From Lingula anatina (lineage: Eukaryota; Animalia; Brachiopoda), in NCBI GenBank assembly GCA_051362555.1, contig CM120643.1, positions 8,866,001 through 8,930,000 on the forward strand: a stretch of 64,000 nucleotides of DNA. Reading direction: 5' to 3'. Positions 30,036 to 45,300 of the stretch are shown one piece after another. The translations under genes were made by a program, and so were the position numbers. Position 1 is the first letter of the stretch. Every line of letters begins with the position of its first letter. The notes under the pieces are model-generated. The model was not told the DNA's origin. It ran no database searches and saw only the letters and a program-made list of their open reading frames with translations.

Positions 30036-33000
30036 TCAACAGGGCCTCTATTCCATCGATTTTAGAATGCCACTGAGCATTGTTACCATGAGTTTAACCA
30101 AGGTGTCTTAAGTGCTGTCAACTTGTATGGCTAGTAATGTTTTTTTCACTGACAAGGTTCTTTAATGAATACATTCCCACTGGGTCCTGTATGCCATTCC
30201 TTTATCCTTGTTTTCTAGTCAAAGCTCCTGAACAAGATGATGCCAGCATGGCTATCAAGTCTGTGCAGGCTGCAGGATCTGCAAACAAAAAGAGAAGATG
30301 GAGTGGCGACACAGTTAGTCAGAACACACAGAATAACATTAGAATTGTTGTAAAACCTAGAACTAAGACTTGGTAAATTACTGGTATGTCAGTGACTAAC
30401 TACCAGTGCCTTTTAGTCTAACTTTTTTTTTCAAAGAAACAATAGCTAATGGTTTTATCTGTGAGGTTGATGGATAACCTCAAACATGGAATACTGTAAT
30501 TTATCTTTCAAAATGCTGCATTTATTAGTGGAATGATGGTCGTTTTCTTCTGGGAACATCTGTGGGAGTGTCTTATGAATCATGCAGATGCATATAAATA
30601 CATTTTTTAAAAAACGTGACTAAAGTTAAATCTGATTATATTTTATTTAAATATACTGCTGTTTGTAAGGTTCTCATAAGATTTTATCTACCATCACAAT
30701 GACACAATCGAATAAGTATAAATATTCCTGAGGTAGTTTTCTTATTTTGATTCTTACCACCCAAATGCAGTTTTCTCATTTTTCTTTCATTTTTATGTTA
30801 TGAAATCCTAGTTTGTATTGTCTATTTTTGTTTACTTTATTTCTATTTTTAAATACATATCTTTCCCATATGGTGCATTATCTTAAATCTTACCAAACTA
30901 ATAAGTATAAAGTAAGAACTCACATTATATGAACATCTCCAAATATTGTTATTTCAATAATAACATCATATCATAATGCACTCAGCCACCACAAACAAAA
31001 TTTCTGAATACAGCCTTACTAGATATATTCATATCATTTAATTTCTGATCATCTATTTCTGACATCACAAAGGAAACCTAGCAGTGGGAAATATAATTAT
31101 TTCACTATATTCATATTTAAGTAATTACTGTAATTCTACAGGGAAGGGCTATTCTGTGTTTGTGTCTGAATGGGCCAGTGGTATAATATTGCCTAATCAC
31201 TCTTCAGCATCTGATCCCACACAATAGAGCTCAGCACACTGAACAAGGGCTTGCAGCATGACATCATACACATCAGCAAATATCAGCACATCACTGGGGC
31301 ATTTTGCTTTGGGGTTTTGCCACAACATATGCTTACTTTACTAGTACTTAGCTACTAGAAACAATCTTTACCAAATCAATAAAAAATGGTAAAAAAATAT
31401 TTTATTCATCTACAGAGCTTAACATTTTGGTTCATGCCCACTGCATACTGTCATCCACACAAAAGATCAGACTACAAGTTTTTTCCACTGATACTAAAAT
31501 ATATTTATGTCAAAAATGTTGGAATGTGCTCTGCATACCATGGACTACTAATTACATGATGTTTTGTCTACACCAAGTCAGATATACCTCTTCACTCAAA
31601 GACAGTAAACCGCTGCTGGTAAAAATCTAAATGAACAAGGAAATGTACAGTGATGTTTTGCCACTGTGGTTTTAGTCTAGCCCATTTCATATTTCAAGAG
31701 AAAGGATCATTCATGATTGATTAGTATTTTAGCTTACTATGATGATATTTGTCTCCTGGAGGGCTGGGTGTGGCTCATGAAATAAAAGACAGAAAGCAGA
31801 ATCTAAGCAGTACATCATTACCACTTTGAAGAGATAATGGACAAAACTCTGTCAATATCATATTGTAGCATGTAATTTTCAAACTATAATTTCAAATGCT
31901 GATAGCATGTCTAGGGCATTGTGCAAGAATCCATTAGTGACAGAGGCAATAACACAACTCTAGCTGGATTGTGTGAAGTTTCAATGGACTATAACTCGAG
32001 TAGTTTGTGATTTTAAGAATGTGACACTGGAACCGTTTTATAGATATAATGTGTACATGTGTATGTGCCACAAGCATGCTTAAGTTTTAATTCAACATTG
32101 CAAGTGGGGTGCACTGAGTTCAAATGAAGTCTCAAATACAACTACTACTAGTACTAAGGAATTATGCTTCCAATTCTAATTCAATTTTACATGACAGAAA
32201 TATATCATGTTAAAATAACCAATTTTGGTGGATCTAATACATAAAAGCATCTGAATGCAATTTTTTAGACATGCAACACTCACTTATTACCAACATTTTA
32301 GACATGAGCACTTGACCTACTCATTACATCACTGATAAAAACAAAGCAGACTTTGAACATCCTATTGGGAAACTTGAATGTTTTCTCAGGATAGATGTTA
32401 GGGGGAGGGGCAAATCCTGTCAGCTGACATGGCTGTCTACAAACATCTGTGTTACTTAGGATACCATTTACTGTACCACGAACAATATGAAAAGCATTAA
32501 AATGATATCTAGGTATAATTTTAAAGTGGTTTACGCTTTTAAGCATTGGAAGTCTTCAGTTTAAATTAAGTAGAGGTGACATTCTCGAGGCTTAAAAGTT
32601 CATTATTCACTCATTCATGTAATTTGAACATTAACTTATATTCAAGAACAATATCAACTAGTAGGAGCAGTTACTGTTACAACTACCAGCAGCTGACTAC
32701 CAGTAACTACATTTGAGATTTTAAAAATTTGCCGAACTAAAACATGTGTGCAGATTTTAGTTTTCCTTTGCAAGTGGAGTTTAAATGTGTTCCCTGCAGA
32801 ATGTATTCAGACACATATAAATCTACCGTATGTCATGGCTTGTCGAAATGAACTTTGGTATAATTTTGCTAAGGATGGATGAGCTGACTGTAATCGAGGT
32901 AAAAATATTGAAAGAGAAGTTTGAAATACGATAAAACGTTCTTGTCCGACACTCGACTTATTTACTTCTTCTACACACTTAGGCCAACTGCTCACATAAA

Positions 33001-33049
33001 TAGCCCCATTACCCTTAAGTGATGTCAAGATTATTCAAACCAACCTTAC

Positions 33050-33252
33050 CGTGATCAAAGATTGCCAGAAAATTGAATTATCTGGTAGCTAGTAACCCCT
33101 CGAACTCAACACTCTCACGCTCAAACATGGCGTAGTAAACCTCGCGAGATGTTACGAGATTTAGCAGCAGGAGCGTCCTGAGACAGCCAGCGTTTTTTGT
33201 TGTAAAATTGATTTTAGCGACAAATTTCGACGAAGATTTCAATATTTTGTAG
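33050..33252. promoter_or_regulatory. Bidirectional promoter CCDC102(-)/zinc-finger gene(+) with two putative non-coding first exons
   Basis: CpG patch; - strand donor CG|GTAAG at 33049 and + strand donor AG|GTATGT at 33253; YY1-like AACATGGCG (33124-33132) and palindromic CTCGCGAG (33141-33148). Confidence 0.55.
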
Positions 33253-34010
33253 GTATGTTTTACGTTTATATCATTTTTGATATGCTTGCGTGTTTCTGGA
33301 TAATGATATTGAGTAGATTGCCTCCCAAATTGATGGAAACAGGCACGGCATCCGGACAACGTGTGAACCCCAACGGACCCCGAGTCAGAATATGACCTCA
33401 AGAGCTTTGCAAAAGATAGTCAGTGTATCACCTCACATTCTAAATTATTTCCAATGGACATGACAGCCTGATAAATTTTGCATTACAGTGGAAGCATGAT
33501 ATTATTCCAGGCCATTTATTTAAAGAGACTGTACCTTTTTTCAATGTAAATTATTCTATTGTGTATTTTCTTTAGCTTGTGGATGGCACTGCATGGCAGC
33601 TAGGTGATTCCCCCTTCTATCCCCCCCCTACTAAACACTAAATAAATAAATAAAGAAATGAATAAATCGATTAATTAATTAATAAAAAGAAATATATTTG
33701 ATGTCATGAATGAACCCAGAAGCAGTCATTCATTTTATAACAAGTTGACATTGATGAATTTGATTTAAAAGAGATATAAAAGAGTAAAGCATCAGAGCAT
33801 GGTTTATTTTGGAGAAAATGGTTTATTTTGTGAAAATAATAAAAAACTGAATCTGGTGAGGCCTGAGAGAAGATAATGTATCTGGACAGCAGAATTAAAC
33901 ATTCAAAAATCTTTTAAATTGATGTTCCTTTTTTTAGTTAACAGAGCTTTCTCCATCCATTTCCTGAACACGGCTAGTACCTGCTGCTGTTGTTGACAGC
34001 GATTATCATC

Positions 34011-37000
34011 ATGGATGAAGAGGAGCACTACAACTTTGATGATGAAGCAGAGAAGATACTGCAGAAGCCATTGACTGAGGCTCAGGTGACTAGTAACACA
34101 AGTTTATATATTAAGGATATTAAAGGAATTGATGTATTTGATTTAAAGTTGATTTGTTTAGAGTTGTCTGTATGTTTTCTTTGAATATTTTGATAAAAGA
34201 TCTGCTCTGTATAAAGTAAATATAATAATGACACTTTCCATACTTAACATAGCTGCACTCATCAAATGGGATTGTGTGTGTAATTACAGATCAAGTGTAA
34301 AAGCCGCTGTATGCTGGCCACTGGTGAGACTGTCCCACTGGTCAAGTGTGAAGATGACCAGTGTGGGTGTGGTCAGTACCACTGTCCATTCTGCCCCACA
34401 AGGCAGTTCAAGCCAACCACGCCCACCAAGGTCAGGAGTCACCTGATGTGTCACATTAAAGCAGCTGTCAAATATGAAGGTGAGATAACAGGGGCAGATC
34501 CAGAGATATTTTCTGACTGTCTTCCAAATTATCTTTGTTGATATATCACCCATTTTTGACCATCTTCCGACAGAAAAATTAGATACCCATCAGTGTAACC
34601 CTGAAAATCTGACTGCTCCTGGATAACACGGTTGCATTCATACCAAAAAAAAAAAAAACAAGCTTTTGTGGTCTGAAAAATCCTTACTTAAAGGTAAACT
34701 ACATATGTATGAAAATTGAAGTAATTGTACATCCCAAAGTCATATTATTTTTATGTACAGACACAGATGTGTCTGTACATATAGCCGTCACCTGCGTCTG
34801 TCGTCGCCGTTGCCGTTGCCGTTGGCGTGCACTTTTACCGATAACACGATAAGTGGAAAACGGTTTTACATTTTGGCTTGAAACTTACAGAACTGATGAA
34901 TATTCATAATACGCAGGTCAAGTTCGAAAATCAGCATGATTGGGTCATTTTTAGGGAATTTTATACTGTTTTTTCACTTTTTTCAGCATATATACAGCAC
35001 CGATAACACGATAAGTGGAAAACCATTTTACTTCTTGGATTGAAACTTACAGAACTGATGAATATTCATAATACGCAGGTCAAGTTCAAAAATCAGCATG
35101 ATGGGGTCATTTTTAGGGAATTTATGCTGTTTTTCACTTTTTTCAGCATATATGTAGCACCGATAACACGATAAGTGGAAAACCATTTTACTTTTTGGCT
35201 TGAAACTTACAAAACTGATGATAATTTATAATCCGCAGGTCAAGTTCGAAAATCAGCATGATTGGGTCATTTTAAGGGAATTTATGCTGTTTTTTCACTT
35301 TCTTCAGCATATATGCAACACTGATAACACAATATAAGAAAAACAGATAGGCCAATTGTCATTATACTCACAGGAGTAGTCAAACTAACTAAAACGCAGG
35401 TTGAGTTCGAAAAATCAGCATAATCGGGCCCTTATTTTAGAAGTTTTGCTGTTTTTTCACATTTCCTCAGATTCAATTCTTAGGCATGTTAACAGTCTCA
35501 TTATTTAAATAAAAAGATAAGTAAAAGTGTTTGTTTGATATTTCCTGCATCTTTACAACATTGTTAATTGATTATGTAAAAATGATGGTAAACTTGTTAT
35601 CGTGTATTGTGTAATAAAGTGTCAAAAATGGAAATAAACTCATATCATTGCAGTTTGTCAGATTCAATCATCCACTATGTTCAGAATTTCAGAATGGAGG
35701 AAATTGGACATTTAACACTGTTCTATTGATATTTTTCCCATCTCATCAATTTTCTTAGTTGGTCATATAAAAATGGCAACAAACTGTTTATTTTGTTTTA
35801 TGTTAAAAAAGTGTTAAAAATGGAAATAAACCCATTTCAGAACAGTGCTGTCTTGTTTACATTTTGGCATTTTTAAGATGTGACTTTGAAGTTCCATGAG
35901 CCTGCAGACCTTTGCTAGTCACATTTTCTGAATATCCATTATACTGATATTTTATGATTAAAAATTGATGGTCATAATGCTGTTAAACATTATGTAATAT
36001 TGCATCAAAATTTGAAGAAACCCCTATTTTGGGCACTGCTCCCATGATGACCATTTAAGAAAAACCATGTCACTTACTGTATTCAAACTTACAGGAAAGA
36101 AACATAGGGCTGAAATACAGTTTCAGTAGGCAGTGCAGTCTGTTTGGTAATTTTTTCTGGCAGTTAAACAGTTTTTTGTGAAAATTTAATTTTTCACATA
36201 TTGGCATTTTCAAGGTGTGACTTTGAAGTTCCATGAGCCTGCAGACCTTTGCTAGTCACGTTTTCTGAATGTTCATGTGACTAATATTCCATTATTTAAA
36301 ATTGATGGTCATTATGCTGTTAAACATAATGTAATATTGCTTCAAAATTTGAAGAAACCCCTATTTTGGGCACTGCTCTCATGATGGCCATTTAAGAAAA
36401 ACCATGTCACTTACTGTTTTCAAACATACAGGAAAGAAACATGGGGCTGAAATACAGCTTCAGTAGGCAGTGCAGTCTGTTTGGTAATTTTTTCTGGCAG
36501 TTAAACAGTTTTTTGTGAAAATTTAATTTTTCACATATTGGCATTTTCAAGGTGTGACTTTGAAGTTCCATGAGCTTGCAGACCTTTGCTAGTCACGTTT
36601 TCTGAATGTTCTAATTGGCTTCTTTTTCTGGAAGTTATACATTTTAGTGAAATATTCATTATTATCATTTTGGCATATTCATTATGGGACTCAGAGCTCC
36701 CATGGACATGAAGCCGAATGGTAATCAAATTTTCTACATGTCCATGCTATTTATAGTCAATAATCAAAAATTGGTGATAATTATTCTGTAATTTATTATG
36801 TAATGTTACATCAAAATTGACAAAAATCTTATTGCACTGCTACTACAAACATTATGAAAAGAGAACTGTTACTTATAATTATTTTTAACTTTCAAGTATG
36901 ATTTTTAGGATTGGCATGCAGTTCAAATTAGAAAGCCAGCTCAATTGGGTTATCATTTATTATTGAATTTATGCAATTTTGTGTGAAGTTCTCATTTTTC

Positions 37001-40000
37001 TCATTCTGGCATTTTCAAAGTGTGAACTTGAACTCCCATTGGCCTGAAGCCTTATGCTTGTTACACATTTTACTTACATTGGTATTACCTGTTGAGCATA
37101 ATTAAAATTTGATGTTGAATTTGCAGTTAAGCATAATGTACTTTTGCATCAGAATTGACAGTAGCCTATTTTGTGCATTGTTATTTTCTGCTTTTTGTCT
37201 GTACATTTGACAGCTTTGCTGCCTTGTTTACTTCTAGATATGTCATTTTAGGATGCCTTTAACAATGAAGTGATTTTGAATTAACAGGGATTGTATTTTC
37301 CTTGGCTATTACTCTCTCTCACAGAGAATGCAGATTAGGCACTTGCCATGTAGCAAATAGTATACTAAACAGTGGTTTTTATGCTTTGTTCTGTACTTTA
37401 ACATGTATATAACACAACCTTTTTCTTTTATTTATACCTTTTCAAACTCAGTTTGTGAGTGGTGGAAGTTTTATATTATATTCTTTACAAAATCAGTTTG
37501 ATACTAATTATCAGATTATATTATCATTGTCTTTTAATTCAGGATTATTGAATTACAATAACAGCTATAGAAAACTGACCCCTTAAACTGAAATATATGA
37601 ATTATGGATGAATTATTAGTGTAAAAATCTTCTCAGGAAAGTGTGTCTCCCACTGCCCCCCCCCCCCCCCCCCCAAAAAAAAAAAATAATAATAAATAAA
37701 TAAAACAATAAATAAATAAAAAGTTTGATCTTGTTAATAAATCTTCTATTCTTCAGGGAAGTTCATCATTCGCTGTCACACAGAAGGCTGCAATCCTCCA
37801 GAAGAGCGCCTGGGTCACTACCACTGTCCAGAGGAAACATGTCCTTACTCCTTTGACAGGTCCAGAACAGTGATGACCCATCTCAAGAAATTCCATGACA
37901 TCATTGTGGCCCCAGATGGGACAACCAAAATGTTGGACCCGCGAAGAGGCGTGGTATGGAGGATAAAACAAAAGCTGTTGTGGAAAAATAATCTGGCAGC
38001 GAAGGAGAGGGCAAGCAAAGAGGCAGGGGGTGCGCCTCCTCGAGGGTCGACACCTCCACCGAATGCTATTTTGGATGATCTAGCTTTGAAATGTTTTCAT
38101 GGAAAGCTAGAGGAGGAACTGGTAAGGGGATGAAGGTCAAAGTTATTGTGAACACTATAAACAGTTACACTATTTGTTCACAGGCATGTTCTTTTGAGTC
38201 ATTTGATTTTTTTTCTTCATGTAGTTTTTTTTTTAATTTTATTATATCATTGAGTTTCTTCTTATAGGTTTAGGTATGATAGTGGTAAATCTAATGGGCA
38301 TCAATTAGATTGGGTCATAGACTAAAATGTCACGAGTAATATTTTGAAGTTTGTGATTATTTAAATCTTTTAAATTAGGAAGAGGTAGATGCTGGTGATT
38401 ATAATCCAAAAGCTAGGGAAGACATGTACAGGAGAGCTGCCACAGGTGACCCAACCAAAGACTATGATGTGTATGTCCTGCCGGAGCACATTAAAATCCC
38501 AGCAGGGGGCAGCACTGAGAGTAGGAAAAATACTGAAGATGGCAGTACTGATCAGGATGGGATCAAAAAGGAGCAAGAAGACATCTCAAACTTGGATGGA
38601 TCACAAGATGAATCTCAAGTTGCATCAAACAGTTCTGGCAGTGGGATGACACCAATACAGGTATTATAACTAATTTAAAAACAAACCTTTGTTTGTCATA
38701 GAATATTATCAAGTTTTGTCCAAAGCTCTATTCTAAGATAATTATGATATTTGTCTGTTTTTTTTTTTACATGTTATTGTATCAATCACCTTCAATTTTA
38801 AATAATTTTGATAATCATTTTATTGTCTGTTTGCTCATTGACGCTCTGAAGATATTGATTTTGTTGATTACTGTTTTTCATGTAAAAAGCTATTGTATCC
38901 GACTTGATTTGTGAAAATCACTGAGAATTATTATTATTATTATTATTATTATTATTTACTTCCAGCTGTGGTGCAAATCTGTCAGCGTAGTTGGTCCCGA
39001 GGACAAGTTTCCTGTGCGGCGCTGTAAGAGTCCTGGGTGTAACTGTGGTCTGTATCACTGTCCCCTGTGTCCTATAACACTGTATTTACCAGGTACCAAG
39101 AGTAACCTTCACTACCACTATAAACAGCATGGCATATATGGATATGCTTATGGAGGTATGGGAATTATTGTGTAGGAAGTGTTCTAGATTCACAGCTACA
39201 TGTTGATTTTTTTGGTAGCATATTTTTGTGAGTGCATTGTATTTTAATTAAAATTAATCAAATACAGTATTTTGCAAAAAGAAAAGACCCATACAGTATA
39301 ATAAGGCTCTGCAGTGGTCGACTTGAAAATGATCCCAGTTTTTTTCAGTTGCTCAGTCTAAAATGACCTCCATATCTTATGAAAACCCCCGTGCACGTGT
39401 CTGCATATACTTGTGGGTGATTGTGTGTGATTACATGCTGGGCTCACCCTATAATTATAATGTTTCAGCCAAATAGCTGAAGAATATTAAATTGGTCAAT
39501 TTTTTAAATCCAATATTAACTTTTAAACAATTTTAGAAAATTTTCAAACTGTAGTATTTACCACTATAAAAGCATATTGTAAGATTTTATGAATTCATTT
39601 AACCAACACATGTAATTTACTCTGTGTAATAGAAAACATTACTGTGACTTGCAGACACGATGATCCTGAAGAGCCACATAGAGCTGTGCACACCTAATGG
39701 TCAGTCGATGAAGGGACACATCCACTGCCCTGTAGATGGCTGCACTGTTGTCTCCCAATACAGACGAACCATGGAGACCCATCTGAGGCGCGTGCACCAG
39801 TCTGGCTTTCAGGTGGGGAATACAGCCTCCGGAACACAGCAGGATGAGGTAATGTATGGCAACGGTTTTACAAAAAAAAAAAAAAAGAATAAAAATAAAT
39901 AAATCAATCAATAAATAATTTAAGACAGGCCCCAGTCAAAAAAAAAAAAAAAAAACTGAAGTCAGATTCCCTGGCTAAGAACTTAATTACCAAGGTTACA

Positions 40001-42359
40001 TGGTCACATGGGCACATCTTACCCTATCAGGAGCAGTGTAACAGCACTCTCATGGAAATCCTAGTCAACTAAGCTAGGGGGTAATTTTTTTTTTTTTTTT
40101 TTTTTTTGAAACTGCATGGGCCCTGGCCCTGAAGTTTTCTTTGTGGATAGGGAATGTGTGTTAACTGGTTATAATATCACAAACAGAGCACATTGTCTCT
40201 TTTTATTGACCCTTGCAACCAACAGAGAAGTACAAGAGTCCGCATTTTAACGTGACTGTCTTCAAATTTCAGCATATTTACATGCTGTAAGGAATCCATA
40301 AGTTAACCTATTATTATACGTACTATCAGCACATACTTTAGACTGTGTACCAGAGTGTCATTTTTGCTCATGAATTGCCTAAAACATGACAGATTTGTAG
40401 TTTTAGGTTAAAATCAAAACATCTCAGAGAACCTGATATATATCTGAGGACATTTTTCCATTGAATTTCCATCTGCAGGTATATTGAAGTAAATTAGTTA
40501 AGAATTCAGGGTAAAAAGAAGATTTTAGGGGTTGAACTTTAAGAGGGGGCTTTTTTTGTGTGTATTTGCAGGTTGTTCACCCATCTCCTTGCTTGTCAGG
40601 AAATGCAGTAAGTATTCTGCCCTGCTTTCCAGTATTATAGTTTGTAAACACATCTTTATGTTGTACTGACAGAAAAACAATACATGAATAAAATGGAAAT
40701 CAATACTCAGATTGTGGAAAGGATTTGTTCAGTTGGATGCTATATTATATGTAGCATTCATGAGAAAAGAAAAAACCCAAAATTATTGGCTTGAAATAAA
40801 AGGTGAAATGTTTCAGAAGATGATTTAATTTTTGGTGAACAGTAAAGATAAAGATAGGAAAAGAATTATGACAACATAGCAATGAATCACTTCAATATCA
40901 TGTGTAAATTAGTGAACAAATTTCTTTAATATAATAACAATGTATGTATATGGTGATCTGAGGTCTTTAATTGTTGTCATTTTAGTTCAAGATACGTGCC
41001 TCCAAAGTTGAAAAGGTAGGTACAGTTATCAGTTATATTTATTACTGTGTATGATTCCTTCTCTGGGGTAGCGCTAGCAATTTTTTTCACTTAACCAAAT
41101 CATCACTTTTTTGTCAATTTGTTATCCAGATGGTGTTAATATGACTAAAATGAGTCAAATCAAGCCCTTTTTGTTTAGCCAATTTAAGTCAGTTTTAGCA
41201 TTTGGCTAAATTGGTGAGTGTTAGCGCTACCCCAGCTTCTTTGTAAATTACTGAAGCATAGTGCTTTGTGTATAAATACAGACATCTTTTAAGTAAAAAG
41301 TAATATACCTGTTATAATAATGGCAGACATTTGACTGTTTGTTTGATTTATTTACCCACTTTATGGGAAACTATATAATTTTTGAATGCATTATACAAGC
41401 TGTAAAATTTAGACTGTGGTTTAGGTTGTAAAAGATATTTCTTGTGGGCTAGTAGGATTTCTTGCTAGTTGTTGTGAAATGTTTATTTTAAAAAGTAAAC
41501 ATCTAGTACCCTATTCCATGCATATTATTTTTTCAAGATACAAAATTTATAATATCCACTAGAATTTTTTTTGAAAAATCAAAAAAATGTTTTGGGTTGA
41601 ACCTAGATATGTATGTAGAATATTTAAATCAAATTGATTAATTTTGAACTGAATGTTATTTTTTGTTTCCAAATGTACATTTATCTCTTTTCCTTATTTA
41701 TTGCTTGTGTACGCATGCGTGTATTCACATAATATTTCTCTCTGTCTGTATCAACAGCTGTGTGACCAGAAGTCAGTACTGGTGAAAGACGTGAACCAGT
41801 TGCTGTCCATGATGAAGAAATGTCGAGATAAGGAGTGTGGTTGCTATGCCTACCACTGCCCCCTATGTGCCACGTCACAATTTAAACCCAATAAATATGC
41901 CAAGGTTAAAAGCCATGTGTTGGTACACATGAAAACTGCAGTCAAGTACAGAAGTAAGCATTCAATTTTTAGCTTCAGGATTTCGAATTTTCCATTCACT
42001 ATGATCATGGGTGAAAGTTTTCAGACTTATGCCTGATTTCAGGATTTTCAGTCTTCATTTTGATCCTTTTTTATGTACAGACACAGATGTGTCTGTACAT
42101 ATAGCCATCATCTGCGTCTGTCGTCGCCGTCGTTGCCGTCGCCGTCGCCGTGCACTTTTACCGATAACACGATAAATGGAAAACTGTTTTTTCTTTTGGT
42201 ATGAAACTTACAGAACTGATGAATATTCATAATACGCAGGTCAAGTTCGAAAATCAGCATGATCGGGTCACTTTTAGGGAATTTATGCTGTTTTTTATGT
42301 ACAGACACAGATGTGTCTGTACATATAGCCATCATCTGCGTCTGTCGTCGCCGTCGCCG

Positions 42360-42390
<31 letters not shown>

Positions 42391-45300
42391 GCACTTTTAC
42401 CGATAACACGATAAATGGAAAACTGTTTTTTCTTTTGGTATGAAACTTACAGAACTGATGAATATTCATAATACGCAGGTCAAGTTCGAAAATCAGCATG
42501 ATCGGGTCACTTTTAGGGAATTTATGCTGTTTTTTCACTTTTTTCAGCATATATGCAGCACCGATAACACGATAAGTGGAAAACCATTTTACCTTTTGAC
42601 TTGAAACTTACAAAACTGATGAATATTCATAATACGCAGGTCAAGTTCGAAAATCAGCATGATCGGGTCACTTTTAGGGAATTTATGCTGTTTTTTCACT
42701 TTTTTCAGCATATATGCAGCACCGATAACACGATAAGTGAAAAACCATTTTACCTTTTGGCTTGAAAGTTACAGAACTGATGAATATTCATAATACGCAG
42801 GTCAAGTTCGAAAATCAGCATGATCGGGTCATTTTTAGGGAATTTATGCTGGTTTTTCACTTTTTTCAGCATATATGCAACCCCGATAACACGATAAGTG
42901 GAAAACCATCCTACCTTTTGGCTTGAAACTTACAAAACTGATTAATATTCATAATACACAGGTCAAGTTCGAAAATCAGCATGATTGGGTCATTTTTAGG
43001 GAATTTATGCTGTTTTTTCACTATTTTTCAGCATATATGCAGCACCGATAACACCATAAGTGGAAAACCAATTTACCTTTTGGCTTGAAACTTGTAGAAC
43101 TGATAAATATTCATAATACGCAAGTCAAGTTCGAAAATCAGCATGATTCGATTATTGTTAGGGAATTTATGCTGTTTTTTCACTTTTTTCAGCATATATG
43201 CAGCACTGATAACACAATAAGTGGAAAACTGTTTTTTCATTTGGCTTGAAACTTACAGAACTAATGAATATTCATAATACGCAGGTCAAGTTTGAAAATC
43301 AGCAAGATCGGGCAATTTTTATGGAAGTTATCCTGTTTTTTTTTTCAATTTTTTCAGCACTTTTATAACACCGATAACATGATAAGTGTAAAAATGTTTT
43401 TCCTTTCCTTGGATTGAAATTTACAGAACTGGTGAATATTTATTATACGCAGGTCAAGTTTGAAAATTGGCATGATTGGACTATTTTTACAAAAGTAATG
43501 CTGTTTTTTTCCCTTTATTCAGCATACATGCAACACTGATAACGCATTTTAAGGAAAACCAATCAGCCTTTTGTCTTGCAACTCACAGGAGTGATCAATC
43601 TGACCAGTATATAGATCAAGTTTGAAAATAAGCTTGATCAGTTAAGTTTTGATGAAGTTATTAGCCTTTTTGTATATAAGTGGTTTTTCTTCAGATTTAA
43701 TTCTTAAGCATGTTAACAGTCTCATAATGGTACTAATTGGATATGTTAAAGTGTTGTTTTAACATTTTCTGCTTCTTAACAATATTGTTAGTTGATTATA
43801 TAAAAATGACGGTAAACCTATTATCCTGCATTGTGTAATAAAGTATCAAAAATGGAAAGGAACTCATCATTGCAGTTCGTCAGATTCAATCATTCACTAT
43901 GTTCAGAATCTCCAAATGGAGCTAATTGGACATTATAAATTGTTCTATTGATATTTTTCCTATGTCAACAATTTTCCTAGTTGATCATTTAAAAATGACA
44001 GTTAATTGATGATGGTTTTATGTAAAAAAGGTGTTGAAAATGGAAAGAAAATCATTTCAGTACAGTTATCTCTTGTTAACATTTTGGCATTTTGAAAGTG
44101 TGACCCTAACTTCCATGTCCTTGGAGACCTTTCCATATCACATTTTCTGAATATCCATGATACTTTTATTTTTTTATAAAAAATTTGATGGTCATTATGC
44201 TGTTAAGTATTATGTTATATTGCATGAAAGTTAAAGAAAACCCTATTTTGGACACTGCTGCCAGGATAGCGATTAAGGGAAAACCATGTTACTTATGATA
44301 ATCAACCTTACTGAAAAGAGTGAAGTGCAGCTTGTGTTGGAAAACCATCGTAATTGTTTTCTGTTTTGAAAGCAATGCAGTACAGTGCTATTTGGTGCAA
44401 TAAATGTATATGGATAGTAGGCAGTTAATTCAGGGTTATAAAATAATTTGCTTAATTGATTTTCAAGTTATTTCAGGGTTATAAAATAATTTGCTTAATT
44501 AATTTTCAAGTGGGTATTAAATGAGATTACATAAACACACATTGAGATTTCATTGTAAAGTCCCATCGGTTTAGCTTTCTTAACTGTGTCACATAATTAG
44601 GAATCGATGATTATTATGCAGGTAAATGTTATTTAATATGGAAAATAAGTTTACAAAAAAAAATTTGTGTAACGCTTACATTAATGCTAAAGATGAATAA
44701 CAGTGCCTTATTATTCTCAAACTCAATAGGGTTATTCATATCATGTTAGTAATTGTACAGCTAGTTTCACTTTTTTCAGCATGTATGCAGCACCGATAAC
44801 ACGATAAGTGGAAAACAATTTTACCTTTTGACTTGAAACTTACAGAACTGATGAATATTCATAATACGCAGGTCAAGTTCGAAAATCAGCATGATCAGGT
44901 CACTTTTAGGGAATTTATGCTGTTTTTTCACTTTTTTCAGCATATATGCAGCACCGATAACACGATAAGTGGAAAACCATTTTACCTTTTGACTTGAAAC
45001 TTACAGAACTGATGAATATTCATAATACGCAGGTCAAGTTCGAAAATCAGCATGATCAGGTCACTTTTAGGGAATTTATGCTGTTTTTTCACTTTTTTCA
45101 GCATATATGCAGCACCGATAACACGATAAGTGGAAAACCATTTTACCTTTTGACTTGAAACTTACAGAACTGATGAATATTCATAATACGCAGGTCAAGT
45201 TCGAAAATCAGCATGATCGGGTCACTTTTAGGTAATTTATGCTGTTTTTTCACTATTTTCAATATAAATGCAACACTGATAACACAATATAAGAAAAACG

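Noticed and set aside
42108-42550. Repeated ORFs KKQHKFPKSDPIMLIFELDLRIM (also at 55830-56024)
   Set aside because: Translations of the satellite monomer with no coding signature.
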